The notes below the pieces were generated by a model, which saw only the letters and a list, made by a program, of their open reading frames with translations, ran no database searches and had not been told where the DNA came from. Positions 40,147 through 53,822 of a stretch of 64,000 bases of DNA are shown one piece after another. The DNA is from Camelus ferus. Its lineage: Eukaryota. The position numbers were made by a program, and so were the translations under genes. The DNA lies in contig NC_045696.1 in assembly GCF_009834535.1 (NCBI RefSeq), positions 87,608,001 through 87,672,000 of the forward strand. Direction: 5' to 3'. Position 1 is the first letter of the stretch. Each line of letters starts with the position of its first letter.

Positions 40147-42049
40147 AGATAAAGTAGTTTGCCCAAAGAACATAACTGTAAGGGTTGTACCAGTTTGAAA
40201 CAGAAGTGACTCAGGCCAGAACCCATGCTCTTTCTTCACTGCTATGTCATCCAGCTCTTCACCAGCAAATAAGAATACCTATTTTTCAAAATAGTCTCCA
40301 GCATTGGTATGTATCTTTGTTAATCTGATAGGAGTGAAATGATGACCTGATTATTGAGATTAGTGATGAGCTTGAGCATAATATAGTTCTTGACCATTTA
40401 GTTTTCTTTTACTATGAACTGTCTGATTGCATCCTTTGTACTTTACTTCACTGTACTTCTTTTTTTTCCTCCTTGCTTGGTTTATAGAAATTTTTGTAAA
40501 TTCTGGAATGCAAAACCTCACTGTTCATGTGCTTTGGAAAGATCTTTCCCTGTTTCTAGCTAGTCCTTTTATTTGCAGGGTTCTGTGTTGCATAAAGACA
40601 AACAAATGTAAAGAAAAAAATTTACTGTAAACAAATTCAACAGTGTTCCTTTATGACTTGTGATTTCTCTTTTTAGAGAAATCATTTTGAGGAATTTTTT
40701 TTCTCTCATCAAGAAAGAAACTATATTTTAGTTGTTTCTGATAAATATTTACAATTTTGGCTCTTTAGGTTTTCAGTCTTAGTGCTCTTCGGTTGGGAAT
40801 GACTATTCTGGTATAGTATATATCAAAATGCCTAAAAATTCACTTAAAATGATCCTAAATTTTATATACCATGAGGGGCAAATTATCTCTGTGAGCAGCT
40901 GTCAGTCTTGCCTCAAAAGTAGTGAAGAACCTTTAGGTTAACCTCTAAGCCTCAAAGGGAGTTTCTAAACACATTTTTTGTGTTTGTGAGCTATTAAGCT
41001 TTATGTCCTAGGGGAGCAGTAGAAAAGTAACTGGAAAAGTGAAATAAAAGTAAAAAGCTACAATACTGAATTTTATGATTCTTGTTATATCTGCATTGCA
41101 ATCTTCTAAGTAAGCAAACAATAAAGCTAAACTATTAGAAACCAAATTTAAATATCAAAATGAGTGTAAAAGTTCAAAGTGTGACACAGATTGTAAATGT
41201 CATTCTTCTATACTCATGCTGTTTGATCTTTTCATCAAAAGAAATTGATAATTAACAGCAATTATATGTCCAAAATTTTTAAAATTATCTATCATCAAAT
41301 CTCAGCTTTTTCCCTCCCATTTATCACCTAGGGGAGACAACGTGGCACATGCTAGCCTTTTAATCTTGATTTGTTTTGACTTGACTCTTAATCTAACATT
41401 TCAGGAATGCACACCATTCTTTTTTTCTGATAAGCTAATCATCTGTATTGGATAGGAGCACTTCTAACACAGTGGACACCAGCTAATTACAGATTGAACC
41501 AGCGACATGTGACATAATTTCATTTCAATACTTTTTCTCTTATGGAGTGTCACTTTAACTTTTGCTTTTACGTTTTAGAGGAAAAGAAAAATAGTGACAT
41601 CATATAAAAATAACCTGGAACAAGAACTATTATGTACAAAGTATTTCATCTTTTCAAATTTAAGAATAGCATTAAGGATGTAAAATTCTATTATTTTGAA
41701 TCTACAAAAATAGACAACTTATGTCTGGCTGTAGGGATTACAGGTAACTTTAGTTTTTGTTCAATTTTCATACTTATTTGTATTCTCTAGATTCTCTACA
41801 GTTATTTATGTTATTTCAATAATATTAATGATATTAATAGGAAAAATATATTTGGTTTGAGAAATAAATGTTGACTAATTGATTCATCATCTGTGCTGAA
41901 TATAAATATTCTCTGCCAATCTATGACTTGACAGGAAGGTTATAGAACACATGCTGTTTAAATTTAATTCTGAGAGTGAAAGATGCTGTTAAGAAAAAAG
42001 TTAAAACTCAAATAAAAAGCATAAAGAAGTATTTCAGTAATGGTGAGAT

Positions 42050-43090
42050 ATAAAATTTAATTGTGATATGATTTAACATGGAAAAAAATAGAAATTGTCC
42101 TAAGTTTACCTATCAACCCAGTACTGTCACAATTAAAATTCACCTGATACACATATTGCTCTTTGTACAATCCATATAAAAGATGTCTATAAAGGGCTAA
42201 TTCAACGTAAAAAAATAAAAAGACTAACAGAGTAAGATAGTAAGCCGTAATGCAAAGACAAAGTAAAGGAGAGGGTACAAAATGCCACATGGAGAAGCAA
42301 ACAGAACAGAATACAGAATTCTGATATGTAGCTAATAGATCTGAATTTTATGGTAATGATTGATAAGACAGAGAAATGGGAAATTACAGATTGCTTAGGA
42401 GGTTGATATTGGGAGAACTAGCTATTCTATGAAGAAAATATTTCTTAATATACACACTATATAAAGGGAGACTGCACATGGATTAAACATGCAAAACTTT
42501 TATAGGAAAATTAGTGGAAGAACCTCATCTAGAAGACAGATTTATTTCAAAAGATCCCCAAAAGTACAAAATCTAGGGAAAAAAAAAAAAGATTCAACTA
42601 CATCAAAATTAAAAATTACAGATTTCTATTTAACCAAAGTTAAAAAACAGATTAAAACTAAGAGAAAATATTTGCCATATCTAAAACTGATACATTAATA
42701 TCTAAAATATATACCAATATACACATGTGTGCACAGTGCACACCACAAATACAAGGGACAGTTATAGGAAATTCAGTAGAAAATAGGAGCATGAAAGATA
42801 AACAGGAATTTCAAAGAATAACTAAACTGGAAGTAAAGAGATGCTTAATCTCATCTGTCAACAAAGCAATAAAAGTTAAATAAAAAGTATTTTATGCCCA
42901 TAAAGTAGAAAAGTAGTATCACTTAGTGTTGCCCAACAATATGGGTACTCAAGGATTTTTGTGCTGTTATTGGGGGTGTGAGCTGTTACAGCTACTCTGC
43001 AAGACACTCTGGACGATTACACTGAAATTAAATATATCTGCATCCGAAGACTTAGAGGTTGGGATTATGAGTATGCAACCAAAAATATTC
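42050..43090 (+). mobile_element. Highly decayed L1ME-type ORF2 3' region
   Basis: 'aaacagaacagaatacagaattctg', 'caactacatcaaaattaaaaat', 'aagagatgcttaatctcat', 'tgggggtgtgagctgttacagctactctg'. Confidence 0.6.
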
Positions 43091-44759
43091 TTACTAGGAC
43101 TGGGATGGGAAAAATGCTGAGGATTGATTCTAGCAGGACACTGAGTAGGTGTTGGTGGAGATATTTTACTAAAGTTCCTTCATGGCACTTGAGCCCTGAG
43201 CAGGGCATGAAATATATGGTTTAATAGTGCTGCTTTGTAACCATGAGTCTGAGGACATCTGGAGTAATCTGTATCAGTTTGCCAGCATGTTACTGAGATT
43301 TAATGATTTGATCGTGGTCTCTGTGAACCAATCCCCTGGAGAGGTCTGTGGTTGAGTTTCGTTAGTTTTCCTACTTATCTCTAAATGGCTGGATTTATAT
43401 TATCATAATTTATACACACTTTTTTGTTTTACAGAAGATCTCATGAGTACTATATTCCCTGATGATGACAAAGTAATGTAACATTATGTTCAGAGTTAAT
43501 AACACCGGCCACTTTTTTGAGGCCTTTTGCTATGAATGACCTATTTTGTTTTCACATTAACCATTAATCAAGCCAATATTCTTATTTTCACTTGCATTTA
43601 CAGATAACAAATGCGAAGGCTAGAAAGGTTACAAGCCTTGCCAGGATCTTGTGACTAGTAAGTGGTAATGGTCTTGGTATCCAGGTTTTTTAATTTCAAA
43701 TCTCACTTACTTTTCTTATCATGTTGCACAACTGTAGTCATCAATTCAGACAGTTACAGAGCATTACCTAGATTTTGATACTTAAAATTAAAACTAAATG
43801 AATTTTTAAAAGTAAAGTATAATAAGTATATCTTATTGAGCCTTTGAAAAAAAGCACTGACAATTTGATATCTATAGTGCTTTCGGATTTTGTGTTAGGA
43901 ATACTGAATACTTCTGTCTTATTTTTACAACTTTTTATTCAAGACTCTGCCTTGTCCATAACCTGGAAGTTTGCAGCCCTGTGTTTCACATAAATTCAAT
44001 CCTTTGGCCATAGTTTATAGGATCAGAGATCAGTGTCTAACTTAAGCCAGAGCTACCAGTTTTTCTCTACTACAATTTTTGATTTAGAGCCTTAATACTG
44101 AATTCCAAGTTCTGGGAACAGGACTTGTAAGGTCAAGCAGACTCAGGAGCTGAGATAGCAGTTTTAGGGTGGCCATTAAGGACAACATGTAAATTGCTGA
44201 ATCAGCAGAGAGCTCTAATCTGTAAAAGTAACGAAGTTAAGCAGAAATGACAGACCATTCAACCTCAGAGAGAAAGAGAGGGGAGCTAAGAGAAATTATA
44301 TGCTGTGGTCAGTTTCTCTGCTTCTCACTTCTCTTCCTGTGGAAGGCCTGGCTTAACTTCTTGTTTTTTGGTTCTTTGTGAAACTCCTATCACTTTCCTC
44401 CAAATTCCCTTTGAGTGTCTGTAATAACATGTTGTCTGCTTAAGAGAACACTTAATGTTCTCTAAAATGAGGAATTATGCAGCTAAATTTGCATTTAAAT
44501 CAAGCAAGTGGCAACAAAATATAGTCACAGCAATAATGAGTGAAATGTCTCTACAGATATTTTGGTTACTGTCTTCAGTCTAACATATGTAATAATATAG
44601 ATTTATTTTTAATTGTTATTTATAAAGTAATTAATGAATAATTTTGTAGTCTTAAGGAATTTACCAAGCAAATGAAGCACAGTTTTGTCAAACCATAAAA
44701 ATCGATTACATGGGGTAACATGTTGGTAGTTCTTCAAACAAAGTTATTATGTTACCCTG

Positions 44760-45192
44760 TGTATTAATTTCCTAGGGCTTTCAAAAACATTACCCAAATG
44801 GATAACATAAGATGATAGTAATTTATTGTCTCACAGTGATTGAGGCTAGAAACCCAAACTCTCTGAAGTCACTGAGGGAGGATTTGTCCCATGCCTTTCT
44901 GTTAGCTTCCAGAGTTGCTGGCAATCTTGGTGCTCCTTTTCTGGCACACATCACTCCAGTCTCTGCTTCTGTCATAACATGGTGTTTCCTCTGTCTGTCT
45001 CAGTCTGTCTTTTCTCCTCCTCTTACAAGGAACATTGGTCATATTGGGTTAGGTTTACTCTAATTTATATAATCTCATTTTACCTCAATTACATCTGGAA
45101 AGACCCTATTTCCAAATAAGGTCACATTTAAAGGTACAGGAGGGTTCGGAAAATGTATCTTTTGTTGAAGGGACACAATTGAACCCAGAATA
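44760..45192 (-). mobile_element. MaLR solo LTR (MLT1B/C-like)
   Basis: 'tgtattaatttcctagggct...atttattgtctcacagt...aaagaccctatttccaaataaggtcacatt...gggacacaattgaaccc'. TSD CCCTG / CCCTC (4 of 5 match). Confidence 0.88.
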
Positions 45193-45617
45193 CCCTCAGA
45201 AGCAGGGGAAGTGGAGGTTGGTTAGGCATAAAAAACAGATATCACTAATAGAAACCTTACTCTTTTCTCTCAGATAATGTTCCTTGGCAGTAAAAAGAAA
45301 AGCAAATATGATATGAGTACATGGTCAAAATAATAAGCAGTATGGACAGATCCAAAATAGACGCTTTCTCCATCCTCTATGGTGAGCATGTTGGAGTTTC
45401 CCAAGTAGCGCTTGCATTTCAGAGAACAGCAGGGGAGGACAGCTTCAAGGAAGGACATACTTCCTTACCCACTTGACAAGGCAAAGGCAAGAAACTTTAG
45501 GTATCTTCCATTCCAATGCTAATGGCTTTTCATCATATAAATAAAAGTAAATATCAAATCATGATATGTAGGGCCTGTGTAGTACAAGGTCTCACTCATG
45601 ACCAGATCAACGAAAGC

Positions 45618-45749
45618 TTATTCTTTTAGGTTAGATTTAATATTGCACTATTCTGTCAGTTTTTGCTTCTCTGATAAGTTCTTTATCTCTCCTATTTTAA
45701 ATCTTGCTGGGTAGAATATCCTAGGTTGCAGGTTCTTCCCTTTCAGGAC
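45618..45749 (-). mobile_element. L1 ORF1 C-terminal fragment (antisense)
   Basis: Reverse complement translates VLKGKNLQPRIFYPARFKIGEIKNLSEKQKLTE*, matching the L1 ORF1p C-terminal 'QPRILYPA' motif. Confidence 0.85.
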
Positions 45750-45956
45750 ACAAACTTCCCTACATAAAATAGATAAGCAACAAGGATTTACTCTAGAGAC
45801 ACAGGAAAGTATATTTCATATCTTGTAATAACCTATAATTGTAAATAATCTGAAAAATTTATGTATATAACTGTATCACTTTGCTATATACCTGAAACTA
45901 ATGCAATATTGTAAATCAACTGTACTTTAATTTAAAAAATAGTAGCAGCAAAAAAA

Positions 45957-45990
<34 letters not shown>
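45750..45990 (+). mobile_element. L1 3' UTR end with A-rich tail, poly-A and (AAAAG)n
   Basis: 'ataaaatagataagcaacaaggatttac...tatcttgtaataacctataat...cactttgctatatacctgaaactaatgcaatattgtaaatcaactgtacttt'. Confidence 0.9.
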
Positions 45991-48774
45991 GGCTGAAATC
46001 CAAGTGGTGTGTTCACCCATCACACTCCCTTGGATCTTCTCTCCAATATTGTCAACAAAGAAACAGCTTAAAAAGAAAAAGGTCCATTAAAAAATGACCA
46101 AAAAGTACAAAACAACTTGCCAGGAAGCTAAAAAGAGATAGCTAAATACAAAAGGAAATGAACATAACTAAAACAGAGAAGGAAGGTATGCACTAGAATA
46201 ATTGTACAACAAAGCAAATGAGAAGGATAGCAAAGAATTAACACCAGAGTTTGCAAAAACACTAATCAAATGGACACCAGCTCATTATCCTTATATTCTG
46301 GGGGGCCTATCAAAAGACCATTTCTGGTGACAAGGACGAAAAGAGGAGATGATAAGATCTAGAAAGAGATGAAAAGTGATCTGGAATACGTTGGAATAAA
46401 CAGAAAAACAAAGTAATAAAATCACTTTAGAATCTGAATGAAGAAGAATGGGCAATGCTGAGAACAGGGATATAGAGTACTGACATTAGAAAATCAGACA
46501 AAATGAAATGAGAGAAATAATAGATATGGAAGAAAAAGGAGATTTGAGTAAATATAAGTGGAATCCCTGAAAAAAAAATACTGGAATGTGTATTAAAGGT
46601 TATAAAAGAAAATTTTCCTCATAGTCTTAAAAAAAAGTTGATCAGGCACATTCAACACTGATTCATACCTCATTAATCTTTCTGGACTTTAAAGACTTCT
46701 GTGGGGGCATGTGGGCCAAAACATTACATCATATATAAAAAGGGGAAATCTCTATATCAGCATCCATTATGAGAAGGCAGTAGCACAGATTCTATAAAAG
46801 ATCTTGGCAGTAGACGTATTCTGCAATACATACAAATACTATAACAGCTTATGCATCACTCTGCTTAAGTGCAGGGATGCCAGCTGTCCTTTAACCAGTG
46901 CCTATTTGTGTTATAACTTTATTTCTACCACTGTTACTGAATTAGTCAAGTTTCTTCTAGTTGCATGTAAAAAAAAAAAAAAGACTCTTGCTTAAATAAG
47001 CATGGAAATAAATTGGATCAAATTATAGGATCCAAGCTCTAACCAAGTATCAGAATGAACAAGATTAAGACACCACTAGGGACCTTGGCATGTTCAAGGA
47101 ACTTCTACTAGAGAGTATGCAGCATGAACACCATCACATCTCTTCTGAGTGTCACTCAGCTGAAATAGTTCCAAATTTCTTCAAAGGAAAATTGGGATTT
47201 ACTCAAGTTGGTTAAAATGTCTAACTCTGAATCTGTCAGCACCACATAGTAAAAAGTTCCTGAGGATTTAGCCTGATATGGGTGACAGATACAAGAAGGC
47301 AAAATTAGTATGAGACAAGGCATCATTCCACGAGATATCTGCTGTAATTGAACAGCAGGCATTTTTATCATTCCATTATATAAATGGCATTTTTCCCATA
47401 ATGAGTATTCATTCTTCCTATCTTGGATGTGATTTATCATAGAAAATTTCCCTGCATATATGCATTTCTCCATATCTTTTTCCCCTGATTCCATATCTTC
47501 TCTCATCTTTGCATCTTTCTGTGTGTGGCTTAATTCTATTTTATATTTTTGGCCATATGTCTCTATCTCAGTACACATATAGCTGTCCCAACCCAAGTTC
47601 AAGCAACAAACTAGTCACTAAGAAGTAGCTATGAAACCCAAATCCAAATTCCTGGGAGAGATAGGAAAGATATTTATTTGACCCAAACTGGGCAGGTGTC
47701 TATTCAGCTGGGGCTGGAGGCAAGTCACAATGCCAGATGCCGACTTAGCAGGGCTGCTGGAGTGGTCTGTAAAGGGGAATGGAGGCATGTTAAGAGCTGT
47801 GGGTGGTTAATTTTCCTTAAAGAAAAGGGAATAAACTGGGCAGGCACACAGAAGGTGCAGCTTGTAAGCTCTAATCCACCCAATGAACTCCAGAGCAGTT
47901 TTTACAGACATCTCCATCTGCACATCCCGTGAGCACTTTAAATTCATTCCGTCCAAAACTGAGCTCATTATCTTCAGTTAAGCCTCAAGTCTTTCACGTT
48001 TCCATTGACTGCATCACCATTCTCTTGGGCCCCCACACTTAAAGTACTACATTCTCCATCATCCCAATCACTGTTTCCAATCAGTTAACGGGTAAGCCAT
48101 TTTGACATATACAGTGCCCCCCAATTCCATCTGCTCCTTTATTTACAGAATTTCACCACTGTTTCAGACTCTAATTACCTAACCAGCATAATATGATATA
48201 TGCAAAGAAAAAATTATTTGTCTCTAGTATCTGTTCTTTAAATCCATCCTACAAACTGATGCCAGAAAAAGTTATTCCCCAAAGATCAGTGTCTAGCTCA
48301 GAAGGCTTCAATGCTTGGAAACTTCTCAGTTCCCAATTCCAAAGCTAATATTTAAAATAATACCTGGAATGTGTTCCTATCTGAATCCCCTGTCTGATCT
48401 CGAGCTGACCCCTCTATGAGAGAACAATGTGACCTTGAAAGCATTCTTTGTTCTGATGATTTGTCAAGGCACATAGGACTTCCTCTAGATAAAGTGAACC
48501 TCTTCTCTTTCTTGATGTCATAGTTTTCCTCATCTGATTTCACCAGACACTTTGCCATCTAGACTGGCCATAATTTAATGTATCAGTTTAGAAAATAAAC
48601 CCTTCTCTTTCAAGATGTCTTCCCTTGCACCCTCCTCACCACAAAATATGGGAAGAATCTCTTAATGTAAGAAGTCTTCATAAATTTCCTGTACTTCTCC
48701 TGTATTACATATTACATTCTGACATCAGTACGTTTTTAATGGTTTTCATAACATTTTTTTCTCTTCGTCATCAA

Positions 48775-48877
48775 ATAAAAGAAAGAAGAAAGCAAGAAAA
48801 AAAAGAAAGAATAAAGGAAGGAAGGAAGGTAGGAAGGAAGGAAAGAAGGAATGGAAGAAAGAAGGGAAGGAGGGTAG
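48775..48877. repeat. Purine-rich (GAAA/GGAA)n low-complexity tract
   Basis: Read directly from the sequence. Confidence 0.9.
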
Positions 48878-51264
48878 GTTGTAAACTCCTTTAGGAAACT
48901 CCTTAAAGAGACTGTCAGTCATTTCTCTTTTCCTCGAGACCACCCAAATACACAAGAGAGTATAGGTAAAAATAAGAGTTCTTATAATATTAAGACAGAA
49001 TAATGTCCAGGACAGTCCTCAGGTTATTTGAACATACTCTGGCCCTCTCTCATAAGGAATCCATACATACAATGTGCAATAAAGGAACAAAGTCCTCTCA
49101 TTGCCTCCCCATGAAATCCTTTGCTCAAGGTAGGTAGAATATGCATTTTTACCTAAAAACCAATAAATTTCACCACCTTCCTCAAAACTGACTCTAAAAA
49201 TCATTCTTTCTTCTAATAGATTTACTTAGATTGACGTTGTATCAAGGCCAACACTCCCTCTCTCCCTGAAATAAACAACAGCAATAACCACAACAACAAA
49301 TACAGCCAGGACCTCATTCCAAAACAGGATGACACTGTGTCAGTAAGTAAAAAGCAAGTCAATAATTGTGACTCAATTTGGACCACTGATCAGTTATATT
49401 AGCAACTTCCTTTTCCACTATGTGCAAGCAGGGTGATGGCTGGTTACACAACAGAGACAGAGGCAGGCTGAGGTTCAGAAGTGCTCCCCACCCTACACCC
49501 AGAGGACAGGTTTTCCTCTCATTTCTGGCAGTAGCTTACTAAATATGAATAGCTAAAAATTAATTTGGAATTTAGAGTACATAATTTGTAGTCTTCTAAT
49601 GGTAATCATCTCATATACATCATGTAATATACATGAATATCAGAAGAAATTTGTCAAGAATCAGGCCTTCTGACCATAGATTTTTACCTCCAAAATCCTG
49701 CATGACTTAGTCCCTAGTTTCCTCAGAAACTGAATTTCCTGTCAGAAATACAATGACATATAAGGAAAATCAAAGAATTTATGAAAATTTTAAATCGTAG
49801 TAATGTGAAAGACAGGGGACTCATGACATTTACTTCTTTTACAGATAATTTTAAAATAATACAAAAAAAATTTAAGGGAGAGGTTCACAAAGCACTTTAA
49901 ATGCCCTAATTTTCCAAGAGACAAGTGGTACCTTTTAGCTTGTTCTGTTTCTACTGTTAAGTGTTGTGTAAATTACATGAAAAACGCATATTGCACTTTT
50001 TTTCTGTAGTTATGGATGAGAAAATAGTGCTTGCGTAGATAAATTCCTGAAGGCTTTCTTGGACCATTTTTCTATGAGGGGGAACAATTATTCTACTTAG
50101 GCAGCTACTGTCTTATGCTGAGGGAATACACACACAGTAGTAATGAAACCCTGTGAAGAGTGAAGTAGAGATTTTTTTCAGTATATTCAATATTAAAGAT
50201 ACTTTACTGTGAAGCAGTTTGAGTTTTAAAACAATCATACAATGACATCTTTTAGAACTGACCTTGAACAAGCAATATATTCTGATGGATTATATAAAGT
50301 CCCACTGCTGACCTGTAATAGGATAGTGGTTGAAAGGAATTTAGAAATATCCTCTTTAAATGTGATTAATCCTATTTTGTGAATATTCACTCATTCTTCT
50401 ATAGTTTAATGAGAGTTTTGTGTGCATTATTCATGGCTAAGAAGTCTGCCAAAGCAATATTGCCCTCAGCAAATGTTTTATTTCTCATACTCCCATGGCC
50501 AAAAACTTGGCACTAAGAAAACTTGTAAAGTCACTTTGTTATATTTTAATCCTAGATATCCTGGTCTGCCAAGAGAATGAATGTGTTCCTAAGGAAACAA
50601 AGCCTTCCTACAAGACTTCTTTCCTTGAAATTAAGTTTTTGTTCAAGCGTCTATAAGCTAAAAGGCATAAGGGATAGTTAAATGTATATGAGACAGCATG
50701 TCAGAAAGAAAAAGTTGGCTGTCGAAATAAAATCACTGACTAAGTTGTTTTGATCCAAATCTTTATTTTTGGCAAACCACCAACTACACAAGAAGAATAA
50801 AATAATAATCATCCATGAGGAAGCAAATAGTTTCTTACGTCTACACAGGGAGGGAAGTAGGCACATGGAGGAAAAGTGAAAGGAAACTGAACTCTGGAAG
50901 AAAGTAAACAACCACAGACAAAGGTCTTCACATAATCTGGAGACAGTCCGACACACAGCAGTGAACCTAGAAGATCATAATCCCCACCCTGTAGTCATAC
51001 AAAGCCTTTATTCCAGGAACACAGAGTTTTATAAGAGCATTTTGCAATAGCATTTTTATAAGTGACATTAGAAGAGGCAGTTAGGAGAGTTATAGCTCCA
51101 GAAGGTGTACAGACTTCTGAAATAGCCAGTAAAAGAAACAAGCATGTCAAGCCATCGCTACAACAAAGCAACACTTTCCTAACCACTTTTGGTTCAGAAA
51201 AATCAAATAACAGTATTATTATGATGATCTTACAACAAAAAAGGAGTTGTGAGGTACTTTTAGG

Positions 51265-51535
51265 ATGTTTATTTATTCAACACATTTATTAAGGTCCTAC
51301 TAAGTGCCAGGAACAATGGATACAGTAATGAATAAGACGGATTTTTTTAAAACAAATCTCTGCCCTCAGACTTCTTAAAATCTAGTGAAGAAGATCCAAT
51401 CACACAAATAAAATTAAGCCATCAATTATTTAATTTACAACTGTGAAACACTGTGAATGAGTACAGGGTGCACTCAAAGTATATTAGGGTGGATTCTGAG
51501 GTTAGAAGAATCATTTTGAGAAGGTCTCCAAAGAG
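51265..51535 (-). mobile_element. L2 3' end fragment
   Basis: 'ttattcaacacatttattaaggtcctactaagtgccagg...gatacagtaatgaataagac...ctgccctca...aatctagtg'. Confidence 0.8.
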
Positions 51536-53822
51536 GTTTCCAAAGATTTCATCACCTCTTTGACTATTCACCTGGCATCTGCACTCATTGACCATCTAGT
51601 CAAAAGAGCACTTGGTGTTTTGACTACACTGTGGTGGCATGTGTGGTGGGGCACACTTGTACAAAGGAATGATTCAGAAGATCAGATTAGGAGGTCATTT
51701 ATCAAAAATACTAGAGAATCCTGCTATCTGTCTGTGACTCTCTATTAATTCATCTTGAACCATCTTTATTTCCTGATACTTCTCTATTACCGTATTCTCT
51801 TGAACCAACACTAATCCCTTTTTGAGTGATCACTTATTGGGTAGTTTTCACCATCATCTCATTTCATCATTATACACTCTCAATGAGTTAGATGCTTTTA
51901 TTGCTATATTAACACAAGGACACCAGGAATCAGAGAAGTTAAACCTAAAAGTGTCACCACACAAGATGAGCAGCTACTGTACATCCATCAGTAGTAAATA
52001 TATCCAAGGATACACTGCCCTGGGACCAAGTCTGAGAAAAGTGAAGGATACTGGTGCTGTATCCTTTGTCATTAATTGTAATTTTGACTCTCTATTTGAA
52101 ATATCTATGTCTTACGTCTAAAGTAGAATTTTTTGTGCATTAACATTCTGGTAGAGATCAGGGAAAATAACCTATTTTTAAGCTTTTCTATGGTCCAAGA
52201 ACAGGACTAGACTGGATATTGCAGGATGTTCCAAAGAGGCTCAAACCCATTGTAAAGCAAATGATAAGGGTCAGAATCCTTTATTCACCCCTAGAATGCC
52301 AGTTTTGTTACCAGCATTGGTATCGGATTATAGTTGAAAAGAAATCTAGAAATCACTTTGAGTGTTTTTGCTTGATTTGTCCATATTTTACCAAGAGTCT
52401 TGCATCTAATTCATGTCAACTTTTCAGTGAACTGGACATAACGCAATGAATTGCTTTCAAAATGGGAACTCACACTTTGTAAACTAATGTTATAGTTGGC
52501 ATTGCAATGCCTTGAGTTGAAGATACCCTTTCAGCCTTTAAGAGCCATTCCCCAAGTAGGAGGACCATATTTTCTTTTGTTATGCCAATGCTGGTGCCCA
52601 AATTGGGCTGTCCAGCTGAGCAGAACCACTTTTCTTGTTCAGGTCTGTGATGACTTACAAGCTGAGAAGAATCAGTGGTTCTTCAGCCCAGCTGCCTATA
52701 ATGATGATCACATGAGGGGGTTAACAAGTATAGATGTCATGTTCTTACCTTCAGGTATTATGATTTATTTGACCCATGCAGAGCCCCACATTAGTTTTGT
52801 TTTTTTGAAATCACTTCTCAAGGTGATTCTAATGTCTAACCAGGGTTGAAAATCAATGAGCTCTGTTGGCAGGACAAAAACAGGGTTATCTCACCAAATT
52901 CGACTCTATGTCACCTGAGGAAAGAAAGAGGAGAACATTCTAGTGCTGCATGGTAGCTGTGGCAGAGCTGACGGTGGTGGCAGTGATGGATCTGTTGCAT
53001 ATTTGTTTATATGAGCATCTGGGGAGAGGCAGCTCAGAATCACATAGCTACACTGGCTGTAGGGAGATTAGGTGCCTAGGCCACCTTCAGTGGACAAACA
53101 GGAGTAGGAATGCATTTCTGTGACCAAAAAAAAAAAATGCAGATTTTGAGGTTAAATAAATCTGGTGGTGAGTTTCAGGAAAGATCAACAAAGGCCAGTC
53201 TACTAAATCTGAATATAAAATTTAAGAAGGCCAGTGTGACAAAAGATTAGATAGCTCCAATGTGAGGGAAGGACATGAAAAGCTATCTAATTAGATTAGT
53301 ATCTTTACTTTCTGTTCTGCTCTACTACTGTGCTCCTCACCTTAACGATGATTTACTCCCTAATCAGGTTACAGAGACCATTATTTGAATGGCATTCATT
53401 TTCTCAACAACAGTGGAAATGGGTCTTTCTCTTACTGCCTAATTGTGAATGCCTGTGCTAGCATATTATCACTAAGAGATTAAACAGGATAGAATAGGTA
53501 AAATTATTCCCAGTTTACTTCAAACCTAAGGTTACAGTTGTGGAACAATCAGGTGAAATGCTGGCATATTCTTTGTCTTTTCCATTTTAGCTTATTTTTC
53601 ATGTTTTTTGTGTTGAGGAGACTTTGTTTTGCAGTGCTTATCTACCTTTAGCCAGGATCTCAACCTCACACAATGAAGATTTTCCATGGGTACCATCTGA
53701 ATATGCACAGTGAAAATTTTCATCTCCTTTGACTAATTTATGCTCCAGAATACAACAATGGTCCCACTTTCCATCCTGCACACTTTATATATTTTTATTT
53801 TTATTTAAATCACATATTGCTT

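Noticed and set aside
25076..50267. Three perfect TCAAGGTCA (NR5A/ERR) sites at 25076, 48430 and 50259
   Set aside because: Widely scattered and not clustered; only a mild excess over chance for a 9-mer on two strands.
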